DNA of 64,000 bases from Pecten maximus. Lineage: Eukaryota. Made by a program: the position numbers and the translations under genes. Location: the NCBI RefSeq assembly GCF_902652985.1, contig NC_047026.1, positions 3,782,001 through 3,846,000 of the forward strand. The letters run 5' to 3'. The notes under the pieces were generated by a model that was not told where the DNA came from, ran no database searches, and saw only the letters and a list, made by a program, of their open reading frames with translations. Shown piece by piece: positions 22,401 through 33,372 of this stretch (the stretch's first letter is position 1; the number at the start of each line of letters is the position of its first letter).

Positions 22401-24404
22401 ATCGCCCCCTAAGTCGACAGAGTAAGGGTTATAGTGACCACCGACGGATAGACATCTTTGGGAGACGTCCATTCCGAAGGCTTCGTTAATACGATCAACG
22501 TGGATGTGCCAGTTATGATTTGCTGTGGAAGTCGGCGTAGCAGAATTACTGTAGTCGAGCTCCATATAAATCTGGGTTTCCGAAAGCGGCCCGTTCATTT
22601 GGGGCTGGCGAAGGAAAATGTAACCGATGACCGGATACTTAAAGGTCGCTACTGCCTGTATGACACTGGCCTCGGCTTCGATTGTAGCACAAACCCAACG
22701 AGATCCATCCACTTGTTTATGGATTACCACAGAACGCCCAATCACACTGTTAACACCAAATAACGGTAAGTTGGAGTCCATCTTAACAATGTTCAATTCT
22801 GTCAGCCCGTTCAGCAATCCGTATTTGTTACTGAGATCCCCAACCTCGTATTGGTCGTTGGTGCCCGCCCCCGGGGCTGGAAGAGCCCCGGCCACACCAA
22901 ATGGATTAAAATGGCCACCGACATACTCCTGGCCACATATCTCTTGACCTTTTATCATCTTAAGGGGAACAGGGTAGTTGTGGATATGATATCCGCCTGC
23001 CATGTTAGCCAAGCCCGTGAGATTAACGCTTACTTCCGTCCAGTCGAATGGAGACTTCTGGGAAAATGATACAGTTCCTTTGACGTCATCCCTACTTATC
23101 GTAACCTTTGCATTCCGTGTGGTATACTTGATGATTTTAGCGCAGGCCAAAGGAACCGATTGTGGTGTTTCAACAACTAGAGTTTTACCCTCGGCCGAAT
23201 TCATAGCTCCAATACTCAACGCCCTGTCCAGAAACAGCTTTGCCCCTCCCCCCTTCATTACCGACACGGTCACAGGGTTATGTTTTCCACTTAAATCCCC
23301 AGCCTTGCAGTTTTGTTGAGCCGACATAGAACATCCTGATCCGGCTGACGACGTTGGATTGAACACATTACCCAGGTTCTGGCACCTGCTAGCTACATTA
23401 TCGCTGTCCTGAATTTCTTTATCGTAAATAGACCATTTCAGAAAAAAATCGGAGGCACCAGTGGTATTCTTAATGTGGAAAAGGTCTGTGTATATAGATA
23501 CTGGGGCGGTGTAGTCGGCGGAGGGCTGACGGAAAACTACCTCTCCGCCAACAGTGTCTTTGAACCGTGCTGTCATGGTAACTTCGTCATCGGTCTCTAA
23601 GGTGGCGCAAGCTAGTCCCGAACCTTGCCCGCCCATCAGAACGAGGGATCGACCTAAATGGTAAATAATTCACTTAGAAGTATAAAAAATGTTTAACAGC
23701 TAAACAAATTTACAAGGAACGGTGACACGGTCGAAAAACTGTTAATGTAAACAAAAACAAACAAATTCAATTAGAAGTATAAAAAATGTTTAACAGCTAA
23801 ACAAAATTACAAGGAACGGTGACATGGTCGAAAATATTTTAATGTAAACAAAAACAAACAAAAAAGAGTAATTATGTATGTTCAACTTGGATAAACATGT
23901 CAACTGGAAACATTTTCAAAAGCAACTATTTATCGAAATTTCTAAATGATTAAATATTGTAACTTTATCCGGTAAGTTTATACTAACCGTATAAGGTGTT
24001 CACATCATTTAGGTCTGTAGGCGCGATAAAAGACCCCACAGGTACCGTACTTCCAAGCGAAGTGTATCTAAAATAAAAAAGGAATAGTCTTAAAGGGGAC
24101 ATATACTATCACATTCATTTAATTTGTGTACTGAACCGACAAAAAATACCACAAGAAAATACATCAGCATTTGTAAGCCTACGTAACGCAACATTGTCTC
24201 GATACCTCGGTCCAAGTTGACTACATCGATCGGCAATATCGAGCCGGACCGGAAAAGTCCGGAATTCCCACGTGGATCCAAAACCAGTAAGTGTATAGGT
24301 GATCACAGTGTTCGTTCCGGGCGACGGCTGGGAGAAGGTTACCGTCCCACGGGCACCATTAGAGTTGAATTTCGCCTTCAGAATCGTGGCTGACACCACT
24401 GGCA
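10348..24404 (-). CDS. Multi-exon gene: Cu-only SOD repeat protein (CSRP/cusr-like; extracellular multi-domain Cu/Zn-SOD family protein), ~1003 aa plus an unlocated signal-peptide exon
   Basis: Exons 24206-24404, 23988-24067, 21654-23653, 21041-21124, 16592-16684, 15658-15799, 14824-14953, 14040-14152, 13381-13479 and 10348-10418 join with GT-AG introns and consistent phases (1,2,1,0,0,0,1,2,1,1) into 3011 nt of open frame. Repeated SOD motifs HxH...GxH(F/Y)NP...ExGDLS...GRS(I/V)V(I/V)H...RxxC occur four times. Confidence 0.9.
10856..11755. repeat. 13-bp G-rich minisatellite (GAGGGAGTGGTTT)n in the last CSRP intron
   Basis: About 65-70 units; explains the spurious ORF 11065-11799. Confidence 0.97.
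11825..12130. repeat. Degenerate ~30-37-bp tandem repeat (TTACTCAAAGTTGGAATGGAG core)
   Basis: Core recurs about 7-9 times. Confidence 0.8.
12238..12672. repeat. 48-bp minisatellite x~9
   Basis: Unit AATGACCGAGGTCATAAATAGTTTGTGTCTGTTAACGAACTCGCCCAC; produces 16-aa periodic pseudo-ORFs on both strands. Confidence 0.95.
13381..13479 (-). CDS. CSRP exon (post-SOD C-terminal domain)
   Basis: Acceptor tttgtcttatcag|GA; donor GCAG|gtaagg. 99 bp, phase 1-1. Reads SNAEEMRSDLHSMVMREDSKLGVYTPTAICRA. Confidence 0.8.
13780..13875. repeat. 28-bp tandem repeat x3.5
   Basis: AGACATTGGCTAAGGGGTGTGCCAACCT at 13780, 13808, 13836 and a partial copy at 13864. Confidence 0.9.
14040..14152 (-). CDS. CSRP exon (post-SOD C-terminal domain)
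   Basis: Acceptor taccgatag|G; donor ACAG|gtagct. Phase 2 to 1 fits both neighbours. Reads SALVATVAAALQSRPYNMAVMQMSDGPGCVDVDVMFT; GC-richer than its flanks. Confidence 0.8.
14426..14495. mobile_element. 70-bp hairpin MITE, TAG..CTA termini, 9-bp TSD
   Basis: TIR TAGCCCGAGTTTCCTCT(A/G)GCCCTGACACCA; TSD GTGGTCTCT at 14417-14425 and 14496-14504. Confidence 0.85.
14824..14953 (-). CDS. CSRP exon (end of fold 6)
   Basis: Acceptor tctcctccag|TC; donor GATAA|gtaagt. Reads VGRSIVVHQANNGGPRFVCGDIIPENSYTERMSFHSSTTMVD. Confidence 0.92.
15549..15595. repeat. (GAA)n microsatellite
   Basis: Direct reading. Confidence 0.9.
15658..15799 (-). CDS. CSRP exon
   Basis: Acceptor gtgtatacag|ACT; donor GGAG|gtgaga. 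Reads TNYTECSPYNPLRCEAGDLSSK...RFYTDVNLNIIDDFG. Confidence 0.92.
15920..16450. mobile_element. Degenerate Helentron/HINE-like element with internal tandem repeats
   Basis: Recurring AAGTAGGTCAAA(T/G)GTCAC...TTGTCACAAGGAACA motifs at ~100-130-bp spacing. Confidence 0.45.
16592..16684 (-). CDS. CSRP exon (Cu ligands of fold 6)
   Basis: Acceptor attttgcag|TCC; donor ATG|gtacgt. Reads SRGHRWHVHEKPMTGDCNSAGPHYNPFMVDM. Confidence 0.92.
17512..17608. mobile_element. 97-bp MITE with 21-bp TIR and 8-bp TSD (hAT/P-like)
   Basis: TIR CACAGGGGCTTGGCACGATTT / AAATCGTGCCAAGCCCCTGTG; TSD GTAAAGCT at 17504-17511 and 17609-17616. Confidence 0.85.
19703..19800 (-). mobile_element. SINE 3' fragment
   Basis: GTTTAACGTCCTATTAACAGCCAGGGTCATTTAAGG tail shared with the copy at 59535. 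Confidence 0.8.
20009..20074. mobile_element. 66-bp imperfect hairpin MITE with 9-bp TSD
   Basis: CAATCGGAACACCTCG...CGAGGGGTTCCGATTG; TSD GATGTGACT at 20000-20008 and 20075-20083. Confidence 0.75.
20369..20695 (+). mobile_element. TRIM (miniature LTR retrotransposon) with tRNA-derived LTRs (Ajax-like; Cassandra analogue)
   Basis: LTR1 20369-20494 (TG..CA) and LTR2 20582-20695; PBS TGGCGCCCAAC at 20497-20507; PPT GAGGGAGGGAGGAA at 20568-20581; TAAG TSD on both sides; A-box TAGCTCAATTGGTAGAGC and B-box GGTTCGAGCCC in LTR1. Confidence 0.88.
21041..21124 (-). CDS. CSRP exon (84 bp)
   Basis: Acceptor gttacag|ACC; donor ATT|gtaagt. Reads TQYKYPDGGLSDTGILIDLKYKSDNTLI, parallel to RQPQMNGPLSETQIYMELDY in fold 4. 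Confidence 0.88.
21654..23653 (-). CDS. CSRP 2-kb central exon (SOD folds 2-5 and start of fold 6)
   Basis: Within the 694-aa ORF 21552-23636. Acceptor catttag|GT CGA; donor ATAATG|gtaagt. Contains YHIH/GGHFNP/YEVGDLS, WHIH/GGHYNP/CEVGDLSGKHG and YHVH/GGHYNP/YEIGDLS. Confidence 0.95.
23674..23862. repeat. ~97-bp intronic tandem duplication
   Basis: TTAGAAGTATAAAAAATGTTTAACAGC...AAACAAACAAA at 23674 and 23771. Confidence 0.9.
23988..24067 (-). CDS. CSRP exon (80 bp)
   Basis: Acceptor ttttttattttag|A; donor TACG|gttagt. Reads YTSLGSTVPVGSFIAPTDLNDVNTLY and joins phase-correctly to give LYGRSLVL. Confidence 0.85.
24206..24404 (-). CDS. CSRP exon (end of signal peptide plus N-half of degenerate SOD fold 1)
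   Basis: Acceptor ttgttgttacag|TG; donor CCGAG|gtatc. Reads PVVSA-TILKAKFNSNGARGTVTFSQ...RCSQLGP; GTVTFSQ is the SOD beta-strand-2 motif. Confidence 0.85.
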
Positions 24405-24603
24405 CTGTAACAACAATAAACACATTTCACTTGTTTTCTATATACATGTATATATATTATTATGTTTTTCTATAGCAACGGAGTTGACCATAAGTTTTAA
24501 AAAACTTCGAAAAAGTTAGTTTTTTTCGATAATTACACAGTAATAATGAGTAACTACTTAATTACATGTCTCGCTCGTCACGCGTCGTCATAATATATAT
24601 ACA

Positions 24604-25810
24604 ATGTTTGTTTCATTTTCAGGGGTTTAACGTCCTCGCAACAGCCAAGGTCATATGAGGACGGATGTCAAGGAGACACCAACAACCAGTGTCATATGAG
24701 AACGGGTGTCAAGGTCACACCAACATCCAGGGTCTTATGAGAACGGGTGTCAAGGCCACACCAACAGCCAGGGTCATAGTAGGACGGGTGTCAATGAGAC
24801 ACCAACATCATATGAGGACGGGTGTCAAGCAGACAACATCATATGAGGACGGGTGTCAAGGAGACAACAACAGATAGGGTCATATGAGGACTGGCGTCAA
24901 GGAGACACAAACAGCCAGTGTCATATGAGGACGGGTGTCATGGTCACACCAATAGTCAGGGTCATATGAGGCCAGGTGTCAAGGAGACACCATCAGCCAG
25001 GGTCATATCAGGACGGGGGTCAAGGAGACACAAACAACCAGTGTCATATGAGGACGGGTGTAAAGGTCACGCCAACAGTCTGGGTCATATGAGGACGGGT
25101 GTCAAGGAGACACCAGCAGCCAGGGTCATATGAGGACGGGTGTCAAGGAGACACTAACAGCCAGGGTCATATGAGGACGGATGTCAAGGAGACAACAACA
25201 GCCTGGGTCATATGAGGACGGGTGTCAAGGAGACACCAACAGCCAGGGTCATATGAAGACGGGTATCAAGGAGACACCAACAGCCAGGGTCATATGAGAA
25301 CGGGGATCAAGGTGACACCAACAGTCAGGGTCATATGAGGACGGGTATCAAGGAGACACCAACAGCCTGGGTCATATGAGGCCGGGGGTCAAGGAGACAC
25401 CAACAGCCAAGGTCATATAAGGACGGTTGTCAAGGTCACACCAACAGCCAGGGTCATATGAGGACGGGTGTCAAGGTCACACCAACATCCAGGGTCATAT
25501 GAGGACAGGTGTCAAGGAGACACCAGCAGCATGACTCATATGAGGACGGGTGTCAAGGAGACACCAACAGCCAGGGTCATATGAAGACGGGTGTCAAGGA
25601 GACAACAACAGCCTGGGTCATTGAGGACGGGTGTCAAGGAGACACCAACAGCCAGGGTCATATGAAGACGGGTATCAAGGAGACACCAATAGCCAGGGTC
25701 ATATGAGGACGGGGATCAAGGTGACACCAACAGTCATGGTCATATGAGGACGGGTGTCTAGGGGACACAGAATGTCAGGGTCATATGAGGACGGGTGTCT
25801 AGGGGACACT
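24604..25810. repeat. ~41-bp minisatellite (CAACAGCCAGGGTCATATGAGGACGGGTGTCAAGGAGACAC)n starting in a SINE-like tail
   Basis: About 28 units; the array begins with GTTTAACGTCCTCGCAACAGCCAAGGTCAT. Confidence 0.93.
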
Positions 25811-27289
25811 CCTGACTCCAAAATATACTTTCATTTCTGCATTTTCCCCAAAACAAACGAAACAACATCAACGTTAAACGATAGTCAGAACTTTGGAAAC
25901 ATTATAAACAAGAATAAATATGAATATAAGTATAAAGTATAAATGCATTGCAAAGGCAAACAGCAGATTTCGCAAACAGTTTAATTCTCAAAATTCACCT
26001 AAATATGATATTATTTCTAAAAATTAACATTCATTATTAAAAGTGAGAAGAAAACTTATAGGAAATGATACAGAACTCCTTCAAGTTAGACCATAAACTT
26101 ATTTGTTAGTCCATTGGAGAAGCAATACAAATCTTACATCAATTTCTCAAAAAAGTCTAAATCTGAACGTCAATCTCAACAATTTAACACCAAAATACGC
26201 CAAAAACTCATGTGAATAATATGACGTATTAATATGTCTATACTTCAATGCGATTTTATTTATTCCATGTTCGGTTGGACTAAACTATGATACATTTTCA
26301 GAAACCGAACTAAACACAAAACTTGAAAGTACAGATTCCCAACATCCCTGATTTCCAGAGTCAATGGATCGTAAGAAGGATGTGTTGACATTGTATCTAA
26401 CTAGCGAATACATGTAAGTGAATGGACCTTGTGTTTGGAACTCGAGCAAGTCTCTGTGGTTTTGAGGACCGGGTATAAGTAAATTTGTAAAATTAGACTG
26501 CAGATGTAAACATGAGATAAAATAGGAAAAACCAGACGTAATTCAACATCGAAGAACGCTAAGATACTTTTCTCTCTTCTTTCTAAAATCCTAAGACGTT
26601 CATATGTTAACCTTTGAACAAAGCCTGTTTACTTTTTCTCGCCTTTATCAATGGTCTGTGTGTTGTTTACCCTGTAAACAATGTTCCAGAACCGATAGCG
26701 GCAGACAAAACACTCCTATAAGTAAAAAGTGTTCTGTCTGACATTTTGTCAATTCACTAGGAGACAGTTTACACATTTTGTGAAAAAAAGTGAATGTCAT
26801 GACACTAAAGACTATGCCAGACATAAAAGCATGTTGTAGTTTCGGTAATTTGGAAACCAAACTTAAAGCAATTCTTTGCTTAATAAATGGCCATGTAGCT
26901 GTTGGTAGATCGTTATACAGTAGAAAACTAAATCCTACCCTTGGCTGTGTTTAAAACACTAACTTTACAGATCGAATAGAAATATACTTAAGACTACCTG
27001 GTATACGCAATAATTCATATTCGATTTTGATACACAGCGTATAAAGGTGCTAACTTTAACCGGGAAAAAATATTTGGAACTACTGATTTAATAACAGATA
27101 AAAATCAGTGATTATGTAATTAATTAATTTAAAGGGACTCGATGGTTAGATTTTCATTTTATAACCGATAAGTGTTATTGCATTTGAAAGTATGTTAAAA
27201 GTTTTGTACTTTACGTTAAGTATATAATTTTAAAGATGCAACAAACAATTTCTGAATTAAAAAGGACATGTCAGTGACTAGGGGGTCAC

Positions 27290-27662
27290 TATTTTGTCAG
27301 TGACTCATCATTTTGTCAGTGACTCATCCTTTTGTCGGCGACTCATCATTTTGTCGGCGACTCATCATTTTGTCAGCGACTCATCCTTTTGTCGGCGACT
27401 CATCATTTTGTCAGTGACTCGTCATTTTGTCAGTGACTCATCATTTTGTCAGTGACTCATCCTTTTGTCGGCGACTCATTATTTTGTCGGTGACTCATCA
27501 TTTTGTCAGCGACTCATCCTTTTGTCGGCGACTCATCATTTTGTCAGTGACTCATCATTTTGTCGGTGACTCATCCTTTTGTCGGCGACTCATCATTTTG
27601 TCAGTGACTCGTCATTTTGTCAGTGACTCGTCATTTTGTCAGTGACTCATACTTTTGTCAGT
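27290..27662. repeat. 19-bp minisatellite (TCATTTTGTCAGTGACTCA)n
   Basis: About 19 units. Confidence 0.95.
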
Positions 27663-27923
27663 GTCCATAGGTTCTAATATTCAACACGGTGAAAATAATA
27701 GCCAATAATTGTTGTATCGTGTTAGTGTATCCAAATGTATCTGTGCTGGAGAAACAGACAGATAAAGCTTAATGACTCTCGTTCTTCAAACATTACCAAG
27801 ACCATGATTATACCGAAAGTGTCACCCCTTTGTGTGTTGTGATGACAAATAAATGTGTCACTGTACAGTTTATGTGATGCTATTTAAATATCCATATGAC
27901 ACACGTGCAACTGTGTGGACGAG

Positions 27924-27961
<38 letters not shown>

Positions 27962-28711
27962 CTGTTAGCCTATAACATCAATACTGTCCTTACACACAAG
28001 CATTTTTATGTTTATGTATTCATCTCAGGCATTCAACGCTGTATGCAGACAGACGGTTCTACATAAAGCGTTCAATATGACGCGATTTGCATTTTGATAA
28101 GAAATGTTACGGTGACGAATTGGATAAGGTTGTCCCGTTCAAATAAATGGGGGTAGAAATATAACTGATATTGGAAGGATTATCTGACAATTAAATGCAC
28201 TGGGCGATTTAAGAGTGTGCACTTTTCTGACGTTTGTGCCGCCACAAAAGATGTGCGCATAGAGACGCGGTCTCTATCAAAATGTTTTTCATTCAAATAA
28301 AACATTCAAAAGATATAAGAACTACAGATTACCAATGTTTCGATTCGCACAGACTTCACTTTATCTTGTTAGGTCGACTGGAATACTCGACTCCTTTATT
28401 ATTAATGAGTTAACGTCAACTTTAATAAACTTTTTTGTAATATCCCGACAATGACTCGTGGAGAGTACCGCGCTGTGTCATTTTATGAAATATTTTGCGA
28501 CATGATTAAACTACAATGTATAATCAAACAGCATTGTATTGTCTATTTAATGCTACAATCTTCCTGTTATCAATGATTCACTAATTATGATAATTTCCGA
28601 ACTGCCCTGGATGCATTGCATGGCGTAGGAATTGTACCTGCTGTCGACATGGCACGATTCGTAAATTTTGGTCGCTTATTTTTTTCTCTTCTTTCTAATC
28701 AACTTTCCTCA

Positions 28712-29720
28712 TAATTAGTTACTGGTTTACCGCCTTCATGACTCCTCCTACATTATATGTTTAATTATTAGTTGCTTAATTAGTTACTGGTTTACCGCCT
28801 ACATGACTCCCCCTACATTATATGTTTAATTATTAGTTGCTTAATTAGTTACTAGTTTACCGCCTACTGACTCCTCCTTCATTATATGTTTAATTATTTT
28901 AGTTACATAATTAGTCGCTGGTTTACCGCCTACATGACTCCTCCTACATTAGATGTTTAATTATTTTAGTTACATAATTAGTTAATGGTTTACCGCCTAC
29001 ATGACTCCTCCTACATTATATGTTTAATCATTAGTTACTTAATTAGTTACTGGTTTACCGCCTACATGACTCCTCCTACATTATATGTTTAATTATTTTA
29101 GTTACATAATTAGTTACTGGTTTACCGCCTACATGACTCCTCCTACACTATATGTTAAATTATTTTAGTTACATAATTAGTTACTGGTTTACCGCCTACA
29201 TGACTCCTCCTACATTATATGTTTAATTATTAGTTGCTTAATTAGTTACTGGTTTACCGCCTACATGACTCCCCCTACATTATATGTTTAATTATTAGTT
29301 GCTTAATTAGTTACTAGTTTACCGCCTACTGACTCCTCCTACATTATATGTTTAATTATTAGTTGCTTAATTAGTTACTGGTTTACCGCCTCCATGACTC
29401 CTCCTACATTATATGTTTAATTATTTGTTGCTTAATTAGTTACTGGTTTACCGCCTACACTCCTCCTCCTACATCATATGTTAAATCATCAGTTACTGAA
29501 TAATTTACTGGTTTACCGCCTACACGACTCCTCCTACATCATATGTTAAATCATCAGTTACTGAATAATTTACTGGTTTACCGCCTATATGACTCCTCCT
29601 ACACTATATGTTAAAACATTAGTTGCTTAATTAGTTACTGGTTTACCGCCTACATGACTCCTCCTACATTATATGTTAAATCATTAGTTGCTTAATTAGT
29701 TACTGGTTTATCGCCTTCAT
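28712..29720. repeat. 65-bp minisatellite x~15
   Basis: Unit TAATTAGTTACTGGTTTACCGCCTACATGACTCCTCCTACATTATATGTTTAATTATTAGTTGCT. Confidence 0.96.
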
Positions 29721-30716
29721 TACTCAGCTTACATCTTATGTTGAAGGCCTTTAGTTTGTATACGTTCGCTACTGGTTAACGATTTAACCAACATCCTCGA
29801 TAACATTCGGTATACCTCGGGCTACGACCACACGCCAGAGTACTAATCACCGCCACGATAACACTCGGAATAACCTCGGGCTACAATCACACGCCACAAT
29901 GTGTTACAGCGATATTTCACTTTGATATGAAGATTACTTTAGTAAAACATTATTTGATATTCACTATAGATTGAATTCTTTTAAATTGTTTAGATCCGGC
30001 ATGACACGGTAAAATAACCATGAATGAATTTATTGATAAAATTGTACGATATATCAAAACCATAATTGAAAAGTAAACTCGGATATTTGGTTAAATTGTG
30101 ATATACGAGATCCCATTATGATAATTTAGTCTCCGACACGGTTCAGTGATCCTGGCTTTGAGATTTTACATCAACAAAGGGCAATACAATGAAAAACTGA
30201 TCACTTACGCTTTTCTACCTTGAGAGTCACACAAACAACCATAGCGTATACAACAAGGCAAGATAGAGTACAATGTACCCAATTCAGCAGTTTTATTTCA
30301 AGATTTTCAAGGTTGTTTGAGGTCACTGACACACTAGCGAGTGTAACATGACGTCACACACACGAAGAGTCAATATAATTTTGTGATAATTACTAAAAAC
30401 ATTAAACAATGGAGGAGCACTGCTTGATACAATGATTTATTTAGAATCAATTTACTTAGTTTATCTGGAAAAAACCCAACATGTTTTATGCATAGAGTTA
30501 ACATTAAATATATTGAAAACATCTGTTGCAATTTGTCTCGACTCGGATAAGTAAAGTGGTATTTTGGAATATATTTCTACCTCAAACAAATATGCAATGA
30601 AATCCATCACAAAACCTGATAGTTACAAAATCTCTCGTGACGAGGAATACCAAGCCAATCTTCCTGATTCTATTTTAAGGTTTATTAGAGGATCAAAATT
30701 AACGCATTTTGCAATG

Positions 30717-30884
30717 CCAGTTGCAAAATGCGAGTTGTCAGTTGCAAAATGCGAGTTGCGAGTTACAAAATGCGAGTTGCGAGTTACAAAATGCGAGTTG
30801 CGAGTTACAAAATGCGAGTTGCGAGTTACAAAATGCCAGTTGCGAGTTACAAAATGCCAGTTGCGAGTTACAAAATGCCAGTTA
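30717..30884. repeat. 21-bp tandem repeat x8 (GAGTTGCGAGTTACAAAATGC)
   Basis: Direct reading; produces heptad pseudo-ORFs. Confidence 0.93.
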
Positions 30885-31682
30885 CTTAGGCAGTACACTT
30901 TTCTGTGCTAAAACAAGTTTATGTTAACATTGTTTTCAGATTTTATGACCCCCTCGTTTCAATAATAATCATTATGCATTAATATGTTCAACATATCTTA
31001 GTATGTTAACAATATTTGTTTTACATGGAACTGATTATTTTTCCATTTTGCTGTCGGGCAGGTATAGATCGAATGTTAAGGTTCCACCATACCGCCATAG
31101 ACTGTCTCGGTTCAGAAAGTCATGTCCCACATACAGATATGTCTGTTGGATAGAAACTATATCAAAGGGTGACACAGGTGTTCGTGTGTCTTAGTTCATT
31201 GATACCATAGTCACGTCTGTATAAATATTATGACGTCATTGAAGGCTACAATGTATTATTAGAGGCTAAAATGACAATGCAGATTTTAGTATTGTTGTGT
31301 CGTACATTCCCCAGTTTAGCGATTTGATATTTGGTGACGGGAAAATCCTTGCCTTTTAAAAATGTGACTTCTGGTGTCAAATTTAAAAAAAAAAAAATCA
31401 GCTGATCTTTGAGCGCCCATCCGAAGTTGAAATTGATATACAGTCGAGACTTATTTTATGACTTGTCCAATATCAAGGTCAGCGCGTGACTGCTCGCATA
31501 TCATAAGTACCAGGGGTGTAGCGTTCATAGGGAAAAAACCTGGCTTACACATAAAAATTCCGACCGTGTGTGTCAGGGGGCAATATTTCATGTAACATCG
31601 AATGAAATATAAGTAACGATCATAACACCAAATTCTTGCATTGAGTAACCCAATTAGGAACTTGTCTACCATATACAACGAG

Positions 31683-31806
31683 AACACATAGTCAGTGTCT
31701 TAAAATATAAGCTGTATTTTGGCGAGGGTAAAGAAAGACACAGGTGTCTTCTTTCTGTCCCAAGCCGAAAATCCAGCTTATGTTTTAAGACAATGACCAT
31801 GTATTC
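31683..31806. repeat. Imperfect inverted repeat (~40-bp arms), probably part of a non-autonomous DNA element
   Basis: AACACATAGTCAGTGTCTTAAAATATAAGCTG... / ...CAGCTTATGTTTTAAGACAATGACCATGTATT. Confidence 0.6.
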
Positions 31807-32464
31807 TACTTATCCAGCAACAGTCATCAAAAATAAGCATTTTTAAGTGAAACGTTATCAAAAATGAATATGTTCGTCTTCACTTGGAAGTAGGCCAGTC
31901 GAATTGTCGCACGTGCTAAGATTCTGAAATACAGTTGTTTACCGTCACTGCCGTATACATCAAATATATATATATATGGTGGGTGTATTCCGACAATGCG
32001 GTGCCAGTTGCAGGATAAACTGTATAATGTACTTTAAAATAAGCCTAGTACATTCCGGAATATCAAACACGTCATACTTCGTCTATCACTATCAATCCCA
32101 TGTTTCCGGTTGTATAATGCTGACAAGTTTATAATTTATTCAAAATGAAGAATGCTTTCAAAAATGTGTAGAAGATCGAAACCTTCTTCAAACCCAAGCT
32201 AAAAGAATCGGCGACTGAAAATCAGTCTTATGTTAAGCCCAACTTCTGGCCCGGGTAACGTGACACAGCCAAAGACACTCGGAACACCTCGGCCGATTAG
32301 ATGGAAGGTGAACAAAAGACACAAGGCAAAGTAGTACCTTAATGTTCAGACCGAAAAACATCCCAGAAAAGGACAAATTAGCTTGACATGATTAATATTA
32401 ACTGTCTCGGAAAACAATTGCAGACCTTTATAAAATCTTTAAAGCAATTTTCCGCCGGTGAGTT

Positions 32465-32495
<31 letters not shown>

Positions 32496-32560
32496 GGGTG
32501 TTCGGGTGGGGGTTCGACCATCTTGTGATAAAACACTACAGTGGGCAAGGGTAGATTTTT

Positions 32561-32930
32561 CATCATCATCATCATCATCATCATCATACCCTCCAAGAAG
32601 AAAATTTATAAGTTTGTCGTCATTATCGAGATTATGATGGTTATGAGTATGATGATTATGATGATAATGATAAGAAGGATTATTAGTATGATTATGATGA
32701 TATGATGATGATAAGATTATGATGATGATGACTATGAGGATGAGGGTGATGTTTATAATGATGATGATGGTGATGAGTATGCTGAATGATGATGATTAGT
32801 ATGATGATGATATTATGATGATGATTATTATTATGATGATGATTTTAATGTTTAAGTAGGATGATGAGATTATGATGATGAAAAATATAGGTAATGATGA
32901 CAGTGAAGATGATATTATGACTATGACGAT
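32561..32930. repeat. (CAT)n followed by degenerate (GAT)n microsatellite
   Basis: Direct reading. Confidence 0.85.
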
Positions 32931-32999
32931 AGGAAACCATACATATTGGAATCGATGTGTGTTTGTGCGTGTGATTCTTATGTATTTATGTATTAAAAA

Positions 33000-33200
33000 T
33001 GTGTTTAAAAATTTAAAAAAATATTAAAAAAAAGTTTGTCGTCATCTTTCAAAATACTGACACTCTGAATAACCGGAAGTACATTCATAATTGTAGTTTG
33101 AAGTCTGTCTCTTTCCTCAAAATATATACGACAGTCTATTGATAAATAATTAACAATGTCGGCGGCATTTCGTTTACACAAGTCACAAATACAGCTTCTT
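33000..33200 (-). mobile_element. LINE ORF2 3' (Cys/His knuckle) remnant
   Basis: CDLCKRNAADIVNYLSIDCRIYFEERDRL resembles the C-x2-C-x8-H-x4-C...R tail of non-LTR ORF2, although the His is lost. Confidence 0.4.
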
Positions 33201-33288
33201 AAGAGAAGAAGTTTGATGAGGAATCGAAATTCTCGACACGTGTTTCTTGTGTTAAGGCACAAGAATCACATATTTTTTTTACAGCGAT

Positions 33289-33372
33289 CCGCTCCACCTC
33301 TAGGTTGTGAGTTCGAAACCTACGTGGGGCAGTTGCCACGTACTGACCGTACGTAGGCCGGTGGTTTTTCTC
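33289..33372 (+). mobile_element. SINE internal fragment
   Basis: CTCCACCTCTAGGTTGTGAGTTCGAAACCTACGTGGGGCAGTTGCCA matches the SINE family. Confidence 0.8.

Noticed and set aside
21582-23319. Plus-strand ORFs overlapping the large exon
   Set aside because: Antisense shadows of the CSRP coding sequence.
27925-27961. Long poly-G/C runs (also ~32474, ~40060, ~42473, ~53788)
   Set aside because: Simple homopolymers whose lengths may be sequencing artefacts; no functional claim possible.
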